64,000 nt of DNA from an uncultured Gammaproteobacteria bacterium (GTDB lineage Bacteria; Patescibacteriota; Microgenomatia; Levybacterales; GWA1-39-11): assembly GCA_964511305.1 (NCBI GenBank), contig CAZEEU010000004.1, positions 4,093-68,092 of the forward strand, written 5' to 3'. Position 1 is the first letter of the stretch; each line of letters opens with the position of its first letter. The position numbers and the translations under genes are program-made. Under the pieces are notes generated by a model. It saw only the letters and a program-made list of their open reading frames with translations. It did not search any database and had not been told where the DNA came from. This document shows, in pieces, positions 10,218 to 20,619 of the stretch.

Positions 10218-11165
10218 ATGAGTAGATTGCTATTTAAAGTAATTGAAGATCCTGCAGAAGCAAAAGTATTCTGGGATCTTTTTTCTCCCAAAAAAACTAT
10301 CGATGATGAGTGGGATTTTCGCGATATATGGACCAAATCATATAATTTCCCTTTTCATTTTATTGTAGGATTCGATGGAGAAAAGCCCGTAGGGCTACTC
10401 CCTCTTCAAAGAAATACATTAAAAGGCCTGAGCCCAAAGCTTCTTGCCATGGATGTCCCGTTTCTCGAATTTTTTGCCGGACTTGATACTGACAACAATC
10501 GAGTTTTTATAAATAAAGAGTACGAAAACTGTATCCCTCAATTTCTGCAGGAGATAAAAGAACCAACGGTTCTTTCCTCACTTAAGGAGCCGTGTTTAGT
10601 TGATGGAAAAGAAGCTGAGCACTACTTATATAGATATGAATTAGATCTTGTTAAACTCCCTACCTTTGAATCATTCATGCAGACAAATCTTGATGGGGTA
10701 AGCAGACAAAGATTAATAAATAGGCTCAACAAGATTGATAAAACATACAAGGCTGAAATAAGGGATGGCGGCAAAGAAGATCTAGAACGAATGTTCCAAC
10801 TAAGCATTGAAAGATTTGGAGAAAGATCATCTTTCAACATGCCTGATAGACAACAGATTTATCGTGAACTTTTAGAAAGATTTGACGTGGATCTAATGAC
10901 AATTGTGCTTGATAATGAGGTAAAAGCAGTCTCTTTTGCCATTGTACATAATGGCACTTATACGACAATTAACGTCGGGTATGACTACGACGTGAGGGAT
11001 TTAAGTAAGCTACTGGTGGTTACTCAAATAAAGCGTGCAATGGATAAAAAATCTACTGTTTTTGACGCTGGCCAAGGTGACAACGGATGGAAAGAACACT
11101 TTAATTTAACAAAAATTCCTCAGTATAAACTAGTCTTGAACTATACTCCGAAGGAAACGATTTAA
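10218..11165 (+). CDS. GNAT-fold protein (Acetyltransf_6/CelD-BcsL, FemAB-like)
   Basis: VGLLPL, GYD...LSKLL and FDAGQGDNGWKEHF motifs. Confidence 0.8.
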   Translation: MSRLLFKVIEDPAEAKVFWDLFSPKKTIDDEWDFRDIWTKSYNFPFHFIVGFDGEKPVGLLPLQRNTLKGLSPKLLAMDVPFLEFFAGLDTDNNRVFINKEYENCIPQFLQEIKEPTVLSSLKEPCLVDGKEAEHYLYRYELDLVKLPTFESFMQTNLDGVSRQRLINRLNKIDKTYKAEIRDGGKEDLERMFQLSIERFGERSSFNMPDRQQIYRELLERFDVDLMTIVLDNEVKAVSFAIVHNGTYTTINVGYDYDVRDLSKLLVVTQIKRAMDKKSTVFDAGQGDNGWKEHFNLTKIPQYKLVLNYTPKETI

Positions 11166-12491
11166 TTATTTCTTCTTAAATTGAGGGTGTCTGAATGCTT
11201 CTACGAGAACGTCATGATGCATAGGAATTTTCTCTACCTCTACATGCTCGTCTGGTTTGTGAAAGACAGAACTCTTACCAAATCCAAATATTGCTGCAGG
11301 AATAGACTTTCCTCCCCTAGATAATGCGTCAAACAAAATAGCGCCTTCCTCATATCCATGTTGAGATGCATTCCAAATAGGCACATCGCTTACTCCTGTG
11401 GTTCTTTTTATAATATCAACAAGCCATTGTGACTCTTGTTGGTCTCCCAACCATGCAGGAAAATCAAAAATTTGCTTGTGATCTTCTACTCTTAAACCGC
11501 GCTTTTCTGCTTCTTCTCTGATAAGTCCAGCAATAGTAGGCTCATCGATCTTTTGACCATTAATAGAATCTCCATTTGGTCTAAATTCAGCACGAATCTT
11601 AAGATAATCCGGCACTCTATTCCCACGATTCTGTCTTACTTCGGTCCCACCCTCAATAGGAACAACAAGCCCAGCTGTTCCTGCTGCCATATTGTAAGTT
11701 GTTACCCCAAGAGTCGTTGCTTCTCGAGCCTTTAGCTCTTCTGCAACTGTCTCAACTGCCTTAAAACCTAATTGAAATGCATTTACAGTTTCTTTAGTTC
11801 CAGGTGTTTTTACTGCAGCGTGTCCTGTTTCACCACGAAGAACCATTTCTAATTCTGCAACGCCACGGCACTGATATCCAATTTCTCCGTCAGATCCTGT
11901 TGTAAGCACAAAAGAAGGCTTATAGCTTGGGTCTTCTGCCTGGATTTTTTTGAAATGCTGAGCTAAGGCATTGATACCAGCAAAATCTCCTTCTTCATCA
12001 CCCGTAAATGCAAGCATAAGCTTTGGAAGTTCTTGCTCTCGTCCTTTAAATGACGCAAGGGCAGTCAACATTGCAGCACTTCCTGCTTTTTGATCAGCTG
12101 AACCTAATCCATATAAATTTCCCCCATCAATTACTCCCCCAAATGGGTCATACTTTCCTTGACCTTCTTCATTTCCAACAACCCATGGGCCTACATTGTC
12201 AATGTGGGTAAGTGCGATAAGATCTGGCTTGTCGCTATTTGCGACAATAAGAGTTTCCTTATTGGGGTCTTCTGACGGAATTCTGTATGAGTTAAAGCCA
12301 CTTGGTCCATGCTCGGCCACGAATCCGGCAATCCACAAGCCAATATTTCGCTCACTCTCGTGGGATGGGATTTGAACTAATTTCTGGGTAACTTCTACTG
12401 GATTCAAATATTCTGTAACAGGTCTACCTGCGTATGAAACGCCAATAGCTTCTACTGAAAGGTCTTGAGGTATTGGTGCAAACTCTGACAT
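11166..12491 (-). CDS. M20 metallopeptidase/deacylase (ArgE/DapE-like)
   Basis: HIDNV, LYGLGSADQK, GDEE, GHAA and HKPDEHV motifs. Confidence 0.9.
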   Translation of the reverse strand: MSEFAPIPQDLSVEAIGVSYAGRPVTEYLNPVEVTQKLVQIPSHESERNIGLWIAGFVAEHGPSGFNSYRIPSEDPNKETLIVANSDKPDLIALTHIDNVGPWVVGNEEGQGKYDPFGGVIDGGNLYGLGSADQKAGSAAMLTALASFKGREQELPKLMLAFTGDEEGDFAGINALAQHFKKIQAEDPSYKPSFVLTTGSDGEIGYQCRGVAELEMVLRGETGHAAVKTPGTKETVNAFQLGFKAVETVAEELKAREATTLGVTTYNMAAGTAGLVVPIEGGTEVRQNRGNRVPDYLKIRAEFRPNGDSINGQKIDEPTIAGLIREEAEKRGLRVEDHKQIFDFPAWLGDQQESQWLVDIIKRTTGVSDVPIWNASQHGYEEGAILFDALSRGGKSIPAAIFGFGKSSVFHKPDEHVEVEKIPMHHDVLVEAFRHPQFKKK

Positions 12492-12548
12492 ATATAGATG
12501 AGAATTATAGCACTTTCAGCTCAAATGTCAAGTACTATGGGCTTATTA

Positions 12549-13352
12549 CTAGATATTTATTTCGTTGCTGAAGCCTGAGGAAGAGGTGATAATTGGAAGA
12601 GTTGGGAGAAAGCGCGAGTTCCAAAGCTTTTTGCTCATGAGCGTTCTTTCAATAACGCTCTTTGCGAGGATCTCCATGGGGTCAACAAGCTCAAAATTGC
12701 ACTTTTCTTTAGACAGCGCAAGTGGAATTTCGGTACATCCGAGAATTATTACAGACGCTCCATCACGGATAAGTTGAAGAGCTGCATTATTGAGTAAATT
12801 AAATGATTGCTCATCAGCGGAGAATTTTTTGATTTTATAAATTGCCTTCATAACGTCTGCTTGATATTTCTTGCTTGGTGTAATTAAAGACATGGATGGT
12901 GCGATTTTTTCGATTGCTTGCTTGTAAGTGTTGCTTGTAAGTGTGCCGTCGGTTGCAAGGAGGCCAACTTTTATCTTCTTTCCGAATGCTTTACTAAGGT
13001 GCGTGATGGTCAAGTCGATCATATTCATAACAGGCAGTCCAACGCCCGCCTCCAGCTCCTCTGTAAATACGTGTGCTGTATGACAGGGAATTACTAAAAA
13101 AGTAGCGCCCGCACGTTTTAGCAACAATCCTGTCTCAACCATTTCCGGAAGTGGACTTTCACCATTGAATAATAAGTGCTTTGATCTGTCTGGAATTTGC
13201 GGATTATTTAAAAGAAGAAATGGAATATGCTCCTGATCGCTCCCAACATGTCCTCGTAATTTAACGAGTAAAGAGGTGAAATAATTGGTTGCTTCTGGCC
13301 CTGTTCCGCCAATTATGCCCACGAGTTGATCGAAATAATTTGATGCACTCAT
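12549..13352 (-). CDS. Aspartate/glutamate racemase family
   Basis: GIIGGTGPEAT; two catalytic Cys motifs IPCHTAH and LGCTEIP. Confidence 0.92.
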   Translation of the reverse strand: MSASNYFDQLVGIIGGTGPEATNYFTSLLVKLRGHVGSDQEHIPFLLLNNPQIPDRSKHLLFNGESPLPEMVETGLLLKRAGATFLVIPCHTAHVFTEELEAGVGLPVMNMIDLTITHLSKAFGKKIKVGLLATDGTLTSNTYKQAIEKIAPSMSLITPSKKYQADVMKAIYKIKKFSADEQSFNLLNNAALQLIRDGASVIILGCTEIPLALSKEKCNFELVDPMEILAKSVIERTLMSKKLWNSRFLPTLPIITSSSGFSNEINI

Positions 13353-13525
13353 TTTTTTTCTGTGGCTTTTTTGCCATCATTATTTATTTAACACAAGCTG
13401 TAAGAATACCACTTTTTCCTCAATTTCGCAATATGATCCCGGCTGTTAGTTTAATCCTATAATAGTAAGTAGTTACTACTCTCGCCAGTTGGCTCCTGAA
13501 TATGCTTATTCAAAGTTATACAGTA

Positions 13526-14599
13526 TCAGTAAGACCATTTTCCGTTGACATTCTTTATAACGCCTTTTAATTCAAGTCCTGAAAGAATACGCGACACAAC
13601 TCGTACCTCAAATTTAATCTTTTTCACTAAGTCGTCCGTTGTCATACTTTCACTCTGAATTAAATCGATAACAGTTTTTTCTTCCTTCGAGAGATTTAAC
13701 TTTTTTGTTGTCGTTTTTTTACCTATATTTTTTTCACCCTTGGAATATGCATTCAGGATATCCTCAACCTCTGTAACTAAAATAGCTCCTTTCTTAAGCA
13801 AAGAAATGCTGCCTTTTGACATGGGCGAATCAATGGATCCAGGAACCGCAAAAACCTTTTTGGAAAGTCTAAAACCCCAGTCAGCCGTAACCAACGACCC
13901 ACTACCCTCTGCCGCCTCCGTTACGAGAACTCCATCACTTAGAGCCGCAATAATCCTATTTCTTGCAAGAAAAGTTCCTTTATTTGGATTAAGAGATACT
14001 GGATATTCTGAGATTATAAGGCTATTTGATCTGATAATATTTCTATATAAAGAGTAATTTTCAGAAGGGCTACAACAATCAACCCCGCATGCAAGAACTG
14101 CAACCGTAGATCCACAACTCTCTATCGTTGCCCTGTGAGCCGCAGCATCAACTCCAATTGCAAGACCAGAGATAATGGATACTCCATGATTTACTAATCC
14201 TGTTACTAATGTAGCTGTAACAGTTTTTCCATATTCTGTAATTTTTCTTGTCCCTACAACACCAACTGAAAATTTACTCTTCAAAAGATCTGTATTTCCT
14301 TTACAAAAAAGTCCTATTGGAGGATCCGGTAACATTTTAAGACCTTTGGGGTATTTTTTATCCAAAAAAGATATAAATTGTATGTTTTCTTTTTCTAAAA
14401 GCCGTATGTACTTTTTAGAATCAAACGTGTTCCTAAAATGCTCAAACTTAGCAAGAGCTACTCCTTTAACACCTGCCTCTTTGTATTCCCAGCTTGCACC
14501 AGTCCATGCCTTTTCTGAATTTCCAAACTTCTCAAGAAGCTTTTGATAACTTTTTGGACCTAAATTACTAACGGCAAAACCTAATGAAAAGACGTCCAT
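13526..14599 (-). CDS. dprA: DNA-processing protein DprA
   Basis: VVGTR, SGLAIGVDAAAH, FLARNRIIAAL and GSGSLVTA motifs. Confidence 0.96.
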   Translation of the reverse strand: MDVFSLGFAVSNLGPKSYQKLLEKFGNSEKAWTGASWEYKEAGVKGVALAKFEHFRNTFDSKKYIRLLEKENIQFISFLDKKYPKGLKMLPDPPIGLFCKGNTDLLKSKFSVGVVGTRKITEYGKTVTATLVTGLVNHGVSIISGLAIGVDAAAHRATIESCGSTVAVLACGVDCCSPSENYSLYRNIIRSNSLIISEYPVSLNPNKGTFLARNRIIAALSDGVLVTEAAEGSGSLVTADWGFRLSKKVFAVPGSIDSPMSKGSISLLKKGAILVTEVEDILNAYSKGEKNIGKKTTTKKLNLSKEEKTVIDLIQSESMTTDDLVKKIKFEVRVVSRILSGLELKGVIKNVNGKWSY

Positions 14600-14706
14600 T
14601 CTATTAATCTAAGCATAATTTCCCTTATTGTTCTCTTACAATATTTTCAATAATTGCTGTTGGTCATCACTCAAACTATACAGACTACGAAAGGAGGTGG
14701 ACAAAT

Positions 14707-14904
14707 ATGGTTGAAGTAATACATGAACATGATTCAGATAGCGGAAGTAATGGAATTGTGATGCTAATTGGAATACTAGTAATAGTAGGTATATTTATAT
14801 TCTTTTTCTACTTTTTTGGTAGAAATATAATGGGAGGATTCAATGCTGGTACTCCACAGATCAATATTCCGGACAAAGTTGATGTGAACGTAAATCAAAA
14901 ATAG
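14707..14904 (+). CDS. Small single-TM protein
   Basis: AAGGAGGTG SD; hydrophobic segment; ...INIPDKVDVNV tail. Confidence 0.8.
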   Translation: MVEVIHEHDSDSGSNGIVMLIGILVIVGIFIFFFYFFGRNIMGGFNAGTPQINIPDKVDVNVNQK

Positions 14905-14940
14905 ATTGACAAAAACTTAGACTGTTGAAATACTATTCTT

Positions 14941-15048
14941 GTGAATGATTCTAAGGGTATGTTTCAGGCGAATTTAGTAAGGATAATAATTGCTGCGTTT
15001 GGATTTGTAATTTCTTTTCTAATCTGGGCATTTCTTGTCTTTTCATAA
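14941..15048 (+). CDS. 35-aa single-TM small protein (absent from the ORF track)
   Basis: GTG start; MNDSKGMFQANLVRIIIAAFGFVISFLIWAFLVFS; TTGACA at 14906 with a -10-like box just upstream. Confidence 0.55.
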   Translation: MNDSKGMFQANLVRIIIAAFGFVISFLIWAFLVFS

Positions 15049-15052
15049 TTAT

Positions 15053-16309
15053 ATGCCCGATTTTACACCAGAAACCCAACTTCATACAGAACGAAATACT
15101 CCTAATCCTGAAATAAAAGCGGGAATGTCCGGCCTTGCAAGCACAAAGCATCCCGAAGGATCTCAAGATACCGCACTAATCTTAACCGACACAAAATCGC
15201 GCTTAAAAGTGTTTGGAGTTTTTGACGGGATGGGTGGCTACAAAGGAGGAGCTGAAGCGTCTTCTCTTGCGCAAAAAGTAATATCTGAAAGAATTAACGG
15301 GGGCAATGTGGATCCAAACCTAAGTCTAGATCAAGCCTCGGGACTAGTTAAAAGTACTCTTCTAGAGGCTCATGATGCCGTAAAACAAGCAGCCATTGGT
15401 GAGTTTCGAGATATGGGCACAACAGCATCTCTAAGTGTTGTGTGGGAAGGAAAAAACGGAGAAAGGAAGCTGGTCTATGGTAATGTCGGAGACAGTAGGA
15501 TTTATGTCAGACGGGGAGATAAATTAATACAACTCACAATCGATGACAATTTAGCAGAAATTGGCAAACCCAATACTCTGACCCAGGTTATCGGACAGGG
15601 GGATATTGACCCCAAAATGCGGTCATTTGATCTTCAGTCAGGAGATCAGATAATAACCGTAAGCGACGGGATAGTAGATGCTCTTGAGGGGAGTCTTGAG
15701 GCAGCATTTCATGAAGCACTTTCAAAAGGACTCTCTCCCGACAAAGCGGCAGAATTTATTACTACTCGAGCAAGAGAGCGCTCTCTTGCGGGAGCAAAAA
15801 TGGATGACCAAACAACTCTTGTTGCAGAGATAGGCGGAAATCAAACGCAAGCAGGCAATATGATAGAATCCCCTACTTTCAAAAAGGAGGAACCATACAG
15901 ACTCCCCAATGGAACAATGGTAAACGTAAAAAGATCCGACGGTACAATTGAAGATGGCTGGTTTGTTTCGGGAAGGACTGAAAATGGAAATGTAATTGTT
16001 AAAAATCTGAATGGGCAAATGAAAACTCCAACTCCAGATCAGCTCGATTCAATTAATCCAACAATAGAAAATGCAAAAACGTGGGATCAACTTGCATTTT
16101 CAATAAATCAACTTCCTGATGATGTGAAAGGCAAAAAAGACACTTTTTCTAAAGACGATCTAATTCGACTAATCGAAGGGGTTAAATCTGGTGATCGCGA
16201 AATAACAGCAATAACTCGTACACTTGGCCTACGAGATAAGGTGAGAGAGTTACTTGATCTTCAAGATACACGAAAAAATTTGGGCACGATAGTTGTCCCT
16301 AGCTCTTAA
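15053..16309 (+). CDS. PP2C-family Ser/Thr phosphatase with extra C-terminal domains
   Basis: VFDGMGG, MGTT, NVGDSRIY, SDG and DDQT motifs. Confidence 0.9.
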   Translation: MPDFTPETQLHTERNTPNPEIKAGMSGLASTKHPEGSQDTALILTDTKSRLKVFGVFDGMGGYKGGAEASSLAQKVISERINGGNVDPNLSLDQASGLVKSTLLEAHDAVKQAAIGEFRDMGTTASLSVVWEGKNGERKLVYGNVGDSRIYVRRGDKLIQLTIDDNLAEIGKPNTLTQVIGQGDIDPKMRSFDLQSGDQIITVSDGIVDALEGSLEAAFHEALSKGLSPDKAAEFITTRARERSLAGAKMDDQTTLVAEIGGNQTQAGNMIESPTFKKEEPYRLPNGTMVNVKRSDGTIEDGWFVSGRTENGNVIVKNLNGQMKTPTPDQLDSINPTIENAKTWDQLAFSINQLPDDVKGKKDTFSKDDLIRLIEGVKSGDREITAITRTLGLRDKVRELLDLQDTRKNLGTIVVPSS

Positions 16310-16316
16310 TTAAAAC

Positions 16317-17351
16317 ATGGAAAATAAAAAACCAGCTAATCCAACCAGTGCTACGCCGATCCCCTCCTCTCCATACGTTCCTACTCCTGAAATAACCACG
16401 AAATCTTCTCAAAATAAAAAATTCGCAGTTGGATTGATTATTTTTTTACTAAGTGTAATTGCATTAGCGTTAATCATTGCCTTCCTCCGCCAGACTTCTT
16501 CTCCCGTCTCGAAAGATACATCCACCAATGCTGATAAAAATCTAACTGACAATTGGCCTATTTTTACTGATGAAACTAAAAACTTCACAATTAAATACCC
16601 TACTACACTTAAAACCTCTTACACAGTCAGTTCTTATTTAAATGATTCATGCACTCGTTTTACAAATATTCCATTGGGAAATCCTGACAGTTCAGAGCCG
16701 GTCAATTTACCCCAAGATGGAAAAACGATTGAAGTTTGTTTTGTTGATGAAAAATTAGCTACAAACTTAACAAAATTCAGTGATGGACAAAGCACTTGGG
16801 AAATTATCAATGTAAAGCCAGTTGTTATTAATTCTTATGAAGGCTTATCAGGAAAAACAAAGGACGACGTTACCTCTCCAACTCTAACGGATGTGTCATT
16901 TGTTAGAAGACCTACAACGAGAGGATATCTAGTTATAAGAAATGAACATGGAAAGAATGACATATATCTTAAGATTCTATCCACCATTAAGTTTCTGCCA
17001 GAAAAGACAGAGTATCCAAAAGAATTTTGGGAAGTTCTTAAAAAAGCATATAACTCACATCTCGATTGTTTGGCTGAGGGAAAAACAAAATCAAAATGCG
17101 CCTCACTGTCATCAGCTTTCAGTATGTCCGGTAAGCCAATAGAAATGCTTTGTCCAAATCAAAACATTTCTTCAAGTGATATTTCAATATATAGGGGGTC
17201 TCAGTCTACGGACCTAAATGGGAAAGTTACAGCTATGGCTAGCATTAGTATTCCTCCCAAAAGTCAGGACCTAAAGAAAAAAAGCAGAGTCAGCTTAACT
17301 TTCATCAATAATCAGTGGAAAATAGATAATATTATTTGCGAAACAGACTAA
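16317..17351 (+). CDS. Membrane-anchored hypothetical protein
   Basis: N-terminal TM; W..F......FTIKYP motif. Confidence 0.75.
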   Translation: MENKKPANPTSATPIPSSPYVPTPEITTKSSQNKKFAVGLIIFLLSVIALALIIAFLRQTSSPVSKDTSTNADKNLTDNWPIFTDETKNFTIKYPTTLKTSYTVSSYLNDSCTRFTNIPLGNPDSSEPVNLPQDGKTIEVCFVDEKLATNLTKFSDGQSTWEIINVKPVVINSYEGLSGKTKDDVTSPTLTDVSFVRRPTTRGYLVIRNEHGKNDIYLKILSTIKFLPEKTEYPKEFWEVLKKAYNSHLDCLAEGKTKSKCASLSSAFSMSGKPIEMLCPNQNISSSDISIYRGSQSTDLNGKVTAMASISIPPKSQDLKKKSRVSLTFINNQWKIDNIICETD

Positions 17352-19126
17352 TTCTTCTTCTCGAAATATTCCTTTAAAATATCCCTGGCAATTGGACCGG
17401 CAACCGATGACCCTTGTCCTCCATTTTCAACAATTACAGTAATTGCAATCTCTGGATTATAAAATGGTGCAAATACTGTGAACCATGCATGTGGGTCTGC
17501 ATCATCTCCATGCGCTTCAGCAGTTCCCGTCTTGCACCCCATTGTCACATGAACAAAATTTGCTCCTGCTGAGGCGTCTTTTACGTAGTCCAATCCATCA
17601 ATTTTTATTTTGTCATTCTTAACTTTAAAATTGAATAGTGGATAACCCGTTCCCCCAGGCTCACATACACCCCTTAATCCTTCCCTCACAACTTCCAAAT
17701 AATCTTTATCTATAAAGTCTTTCTTAATAATCTGAACGTCACCTTTTATAAGATGAGGTTTTATAAGCACTCCTCCATTTGCCATGAGCTGGGTAAATCT
17801 ATTTACTTGGATAGGAGTTGTTTCAAGATATCCTTGGCCAATACTCATATTGATTGTGTCGCCTAAATACCACTGCTCATCCAAATTCTTTTCTTTCCAT
17901 GAGGGATCAGGCACGGTCCCAACTTCTTCTCCGGGAAGATCTATACCAGTTCTTCTCCCAAGCCCTAAAGTAAGTGACCAATCGTGTAACGTATCAACGC
18001 CAGTTTTCATTGCCGCTTGATAAAAGAAAATATCATTTGAACGAACGAGGGCTTTTACGACATCGACCGCACCTTCCGTTCTGCCGGACTCTAAATAATT
18101 CCATGTTCCGAATTTGCTTCCCCCAATAGAAAGCACTCCGGTATCTTCAAATTCTGTGTCTTTTTTAATTTTTTGCGTTGAAAGTGCTGCAAGCGCTGTT
18201 ACTACTTTATAAGTTGAGCCAGGAGGATATATGCCGCCAATTACGCGATTGAGAAGTGGGAATTTTTCCCCATCAAGAAGAATATCTTCTTTCTTTTTGT
18301 ATGTTCCGACAGGAGTATATGTTGATTCTCGAGTAAATAAATTAGGGTCAAATGAGGGCTTTGAATATAATGCAAGAATTGATCCATCTCGCGGATCGCT
18401 CACAACGACAGCTCCTCGATCAACTTTTTCCATTGCCTTGGTAGCAGCTTTTTGGACATTAACATCAAGAGTGGTATTTAGAACTGCTCCCTCGACTGCC
18501 TCTTCTTCGCCAAGAAGCCTCACTCTTGCACCTTTTGCATTTACTTCATATAACTGTTTTCCATTTCTGCCATGTAAAAATTTTTCATACTTTTCCTCAA
18601 GTCCCATTCTTCCAGTAAAATCAGATAGCCCGTAATCTCTAAAATCCGGAAGCAATACCTCATCTGAATTAACTTGACCAACATATCCCAGTACGTGAGC
18701 AAATAAATCTTTATATACATATTCTCTTTTAACCGTAGCAAGAATACTTTCCCCGCGAGTTAGTCGCTTTAACGCATCTTCTTGATCCAGCCATTCAATT
18801 TCTTTACCATTTTTTAAAATGCTAAATGCAGGTATATTTCTAACCAGTGCAACTCCATTTCTATCAAAAATAATTCCGCGTGGAGCTGGAATAAGGACAG
18901 TGCGAATTCTATTTGCATCTGACAATTTAGAATAATACGAAGCTCTTACGACTTGCAGGGTAAAAAGTCGCATCGAAAGCAAGGCAAAAATCATCAATAA
19001 AATTACCAGTGGTATTAATCGATAAAGATGTAGAGGCCGACCAAAACTGCCTCCTCTTTTTTTTCTAACACGTTCTTCAAATATATGATCTGAAAAAGCA
19101 TGTCCGACATTTCCTCTTTTTTTCAT
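17348..19126 (-). CDS. mrdA: Penicillin-binding protein 2
   Basis: RGIIFDRNG, GSTYK (SxxK), SND and KTGTAE motifs; follows mreCD. Confidence 0.93.
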   Translation of the reverse strand: MKKRGNVGHAFSDHIFEERVRKKRGGSFGRPLHLYRLIPLVILLMIFALLSMRLFTLQVVRASYYSKLSDANRIRTVLIPAPRGIIFDRNGVALVRNIPAFSILKNGKEIEWLDQEDALKRLTRGESILATVKREYVYKDLFAHVLGYVGQVNSDEVLLPDFRDYGLSDFTGRMGLEEKYEKFLHGRNGKQLYEVNAKGARVRLLGEEEAVEGAVLNTTLDVNVQKAATKAMEKVDRGAVVVSDPRDGSILALYSKPSFDPNLFTRESTYTPVGTYKKKEDILLDGEKFPLLNRVIGGIYPPGSTYKVVTALAALSTQKIKKDTEFEDTGVLSIGGSKFGTWNYLESGRTEGAVDVVKALVRSNDIFFYQAAMKTGVDTLHDWSLTLGLGRRTGIDLPGEEVGTVPDPSWKEKNLDEQWYLGDTINMSIGQGYLETTPIQVNRFTQLMANGGVLIKPHLIKGDVQIIKKDFIDKDYLEVVREGLRGVCEPGGTGYPLFNFKVKNDKIKIDGLDYVKDASAGANFVHVTMGCKTGTAEAHGDDADPHAWFTVFAPFYNPEIAITVIVENGGQGSSVAGPIARDILKEYFEKKN

Positions 19127-19548
19127 ATAAAAATTTTCTTACTTGCTCGTAATTGAGCGAATGCAAAGTAACCAATCAAAAAAGCTATATAAAATCCAAC
19201 TGTCAGGGGAGTCGAATATATAAGCAGTCGTGTGTAAAAAAATCCAGAGGCTGCAACAACAATCCCTGCAACTAACAAATCACTTGATCCAGAATATCTT
19301 TCATAAAGAAATATTAGTGATAATATTCCAGCTAAAAATAATGGTGTCAATCCAAAGTTACTTACTCGCAATGCATCGGTTGCAAATGCCAAGAAAAAAA
19401 CAAAAGCATATAACCTAACGCTTTTAATTAAAATGAGAAGCGCTGCGCCTAAGAAAAAAATAAATGGGAAATTTACCAAAGATGTCTCAGCAAATAATGC
19501 AATTGTTCCGAGAGCTACAAGTCCATATGAAAGATTTTTAGTACTCAC
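19123..19548 (-). CDS. mreD: MreD-like membrane protein
   Basis: Hydrophobic; lies between mreC and mrdA with 4-nt overlaps. Confidence 0.55.
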   Translation of the reverse strand: MSTKNLSYGLVALGTIALFAETSLVNFPFIFFLGAALLILIKSVRLYAFVFFLAFATDALRVSNFGLTPLFLAGILSLIFLYERYSGSSDLLVAGIVVAASGFFYTRLLIYSTPLTVGFYIAFLIGYFAFAQLRASKKIFI

Positions 19549-20339
19549 ATTTTTGAAATGATAAATATATTGGTTAGTTTCTGATAATTAATTGCAGGTT
19601 CCAATTGAGCGCTTTGGAAAGGTGCTGTTTCTCTTTTAGATATCGATGAAATCTTACCCAAAATCATATCGGGAATAACACCAATTCCATCGCGATCAAC
19701 TTCTCCTTTAGTAACAACTACACCACCCTTTTTAAGTTGATCTGTTATAAGAACTCCGTCGAAAAGAATAAGATCGCTTCTTCCGATTACAATGCCATTT
19801 GCATTTGTCTCCGGCAACTTAGCTAGCACCTGAAATTTGGGATTATATGGGGTTATAACCACTGAAAAATGTTCGCTAACGTCTTCAATTTTTCCTACTA
19901 AATACTTTTCAAAAATCACTGTCATATTTTTAGAAATTCCTTCTGCTTTCCCGGCATTCACAGTAAATGTGTGAGGTTTTTGATTTTCACCCTGAACTCC
20001 AATAATTTTTGCAGCCACCATGCTTTGCGTTGTCTCCCCACTAACTGTAAATTGACTCTTTAATGCCTCGTTATCTTTTTCCATAATTTGATACTTCACA
20101 ATTTGTTGCTCAAGAGATCTAATTTTTTTATTGAGAGTATTCTCACGATCATCTCGTGCGCTTTTTCCAAGGGAATAAAAATATGACTTTGGGGCACTAA
20201 AGATAGACTGCAATATTCCTTGTGCAAATAACACTGGGGGTGAAGTTTTGTACAGAAAAATAACTGCTGATACTACAGATATTGCAATAAGAGTTATGAT
20301 GATTTTTTTCTTTTGTGACTTAGGGGATGATACAAGCAT
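19545..20339 (-). CDS. mreC: Rod-shape protein MreC
   Basis: TM, coiled coil (DNEALK), NAGKAEGI, LVGKI. Confidence 0.9.
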   Translation of the reverse strand: MLVSSPKSQKKKIIITLIAISVVSAVIFLYKTSPPVLFAQGILQSIFSAPKSYFYSLGKSARDDRENTLNKKIRSLEQQIVKYQIMEKDNEALKSQFTVSGETTQSMVAAKIIGVQGENQKPHTFTVNAGKAEGISKNMTVIFEKYLVGKIEDVSEHFSVVITPYNPKFQVLAKLPETNANGIVIGRSDLILFDGVLITDQLKKGGVVVTKGEVDRDGIGVIPDMILGKISSISKRETAPFQSAQLEPAINYQKLTNIFIISKM

Positions 20340-20389
20340 TGCAGACTCAACTTTAACAAAAAAGCCTCAAAGTCGCAAGGGAAGATGGG

Positions 20390-20419
20390 CCTCCGATCCG
20401 CCAAAAGGCGGACCGGAGG
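20390..20419 (-). terminator. GC-rich hairpin closing the GC island
   Basis: CCTCCGATCCGCC-AAAA-GGCGGACCGGAGG; weak U-tract. Confidence 0.5.
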
Positions 20420-20442
20420 GGATAGAAAGATGACTGTTGCCG

Positions 20443-20619
20443 TCACGATGCCGGCATAGCCGGCTTCCGGTTGAAAACCCGACTGGGACCCGCAAGGGTC
20501 AGTTGCCGGAGACTCGCTCCGCAGGATGGGCATTGCCCTTTAATCCCGCGGGGTTTTCCGCAGTCGTCGCAAAACAACGGCAAGACTGGGTCGTGATCCG
20601 GCGCTACATCAGGCAGCAT
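20443..20619 (-). CDS. 58-aa zinc-ribbon-like protein
   Basis: GGAGGG SD; ATG overlaps the end of the upstream ORF; CDDC...CPSC. Confidence 0.6.
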   Translation of the reverse strand: MLPDVAPDHDPVLPLFCDDCGKPRGIKGQCPSCGASLRQLTLAGPSRVFNRKPAMPAS

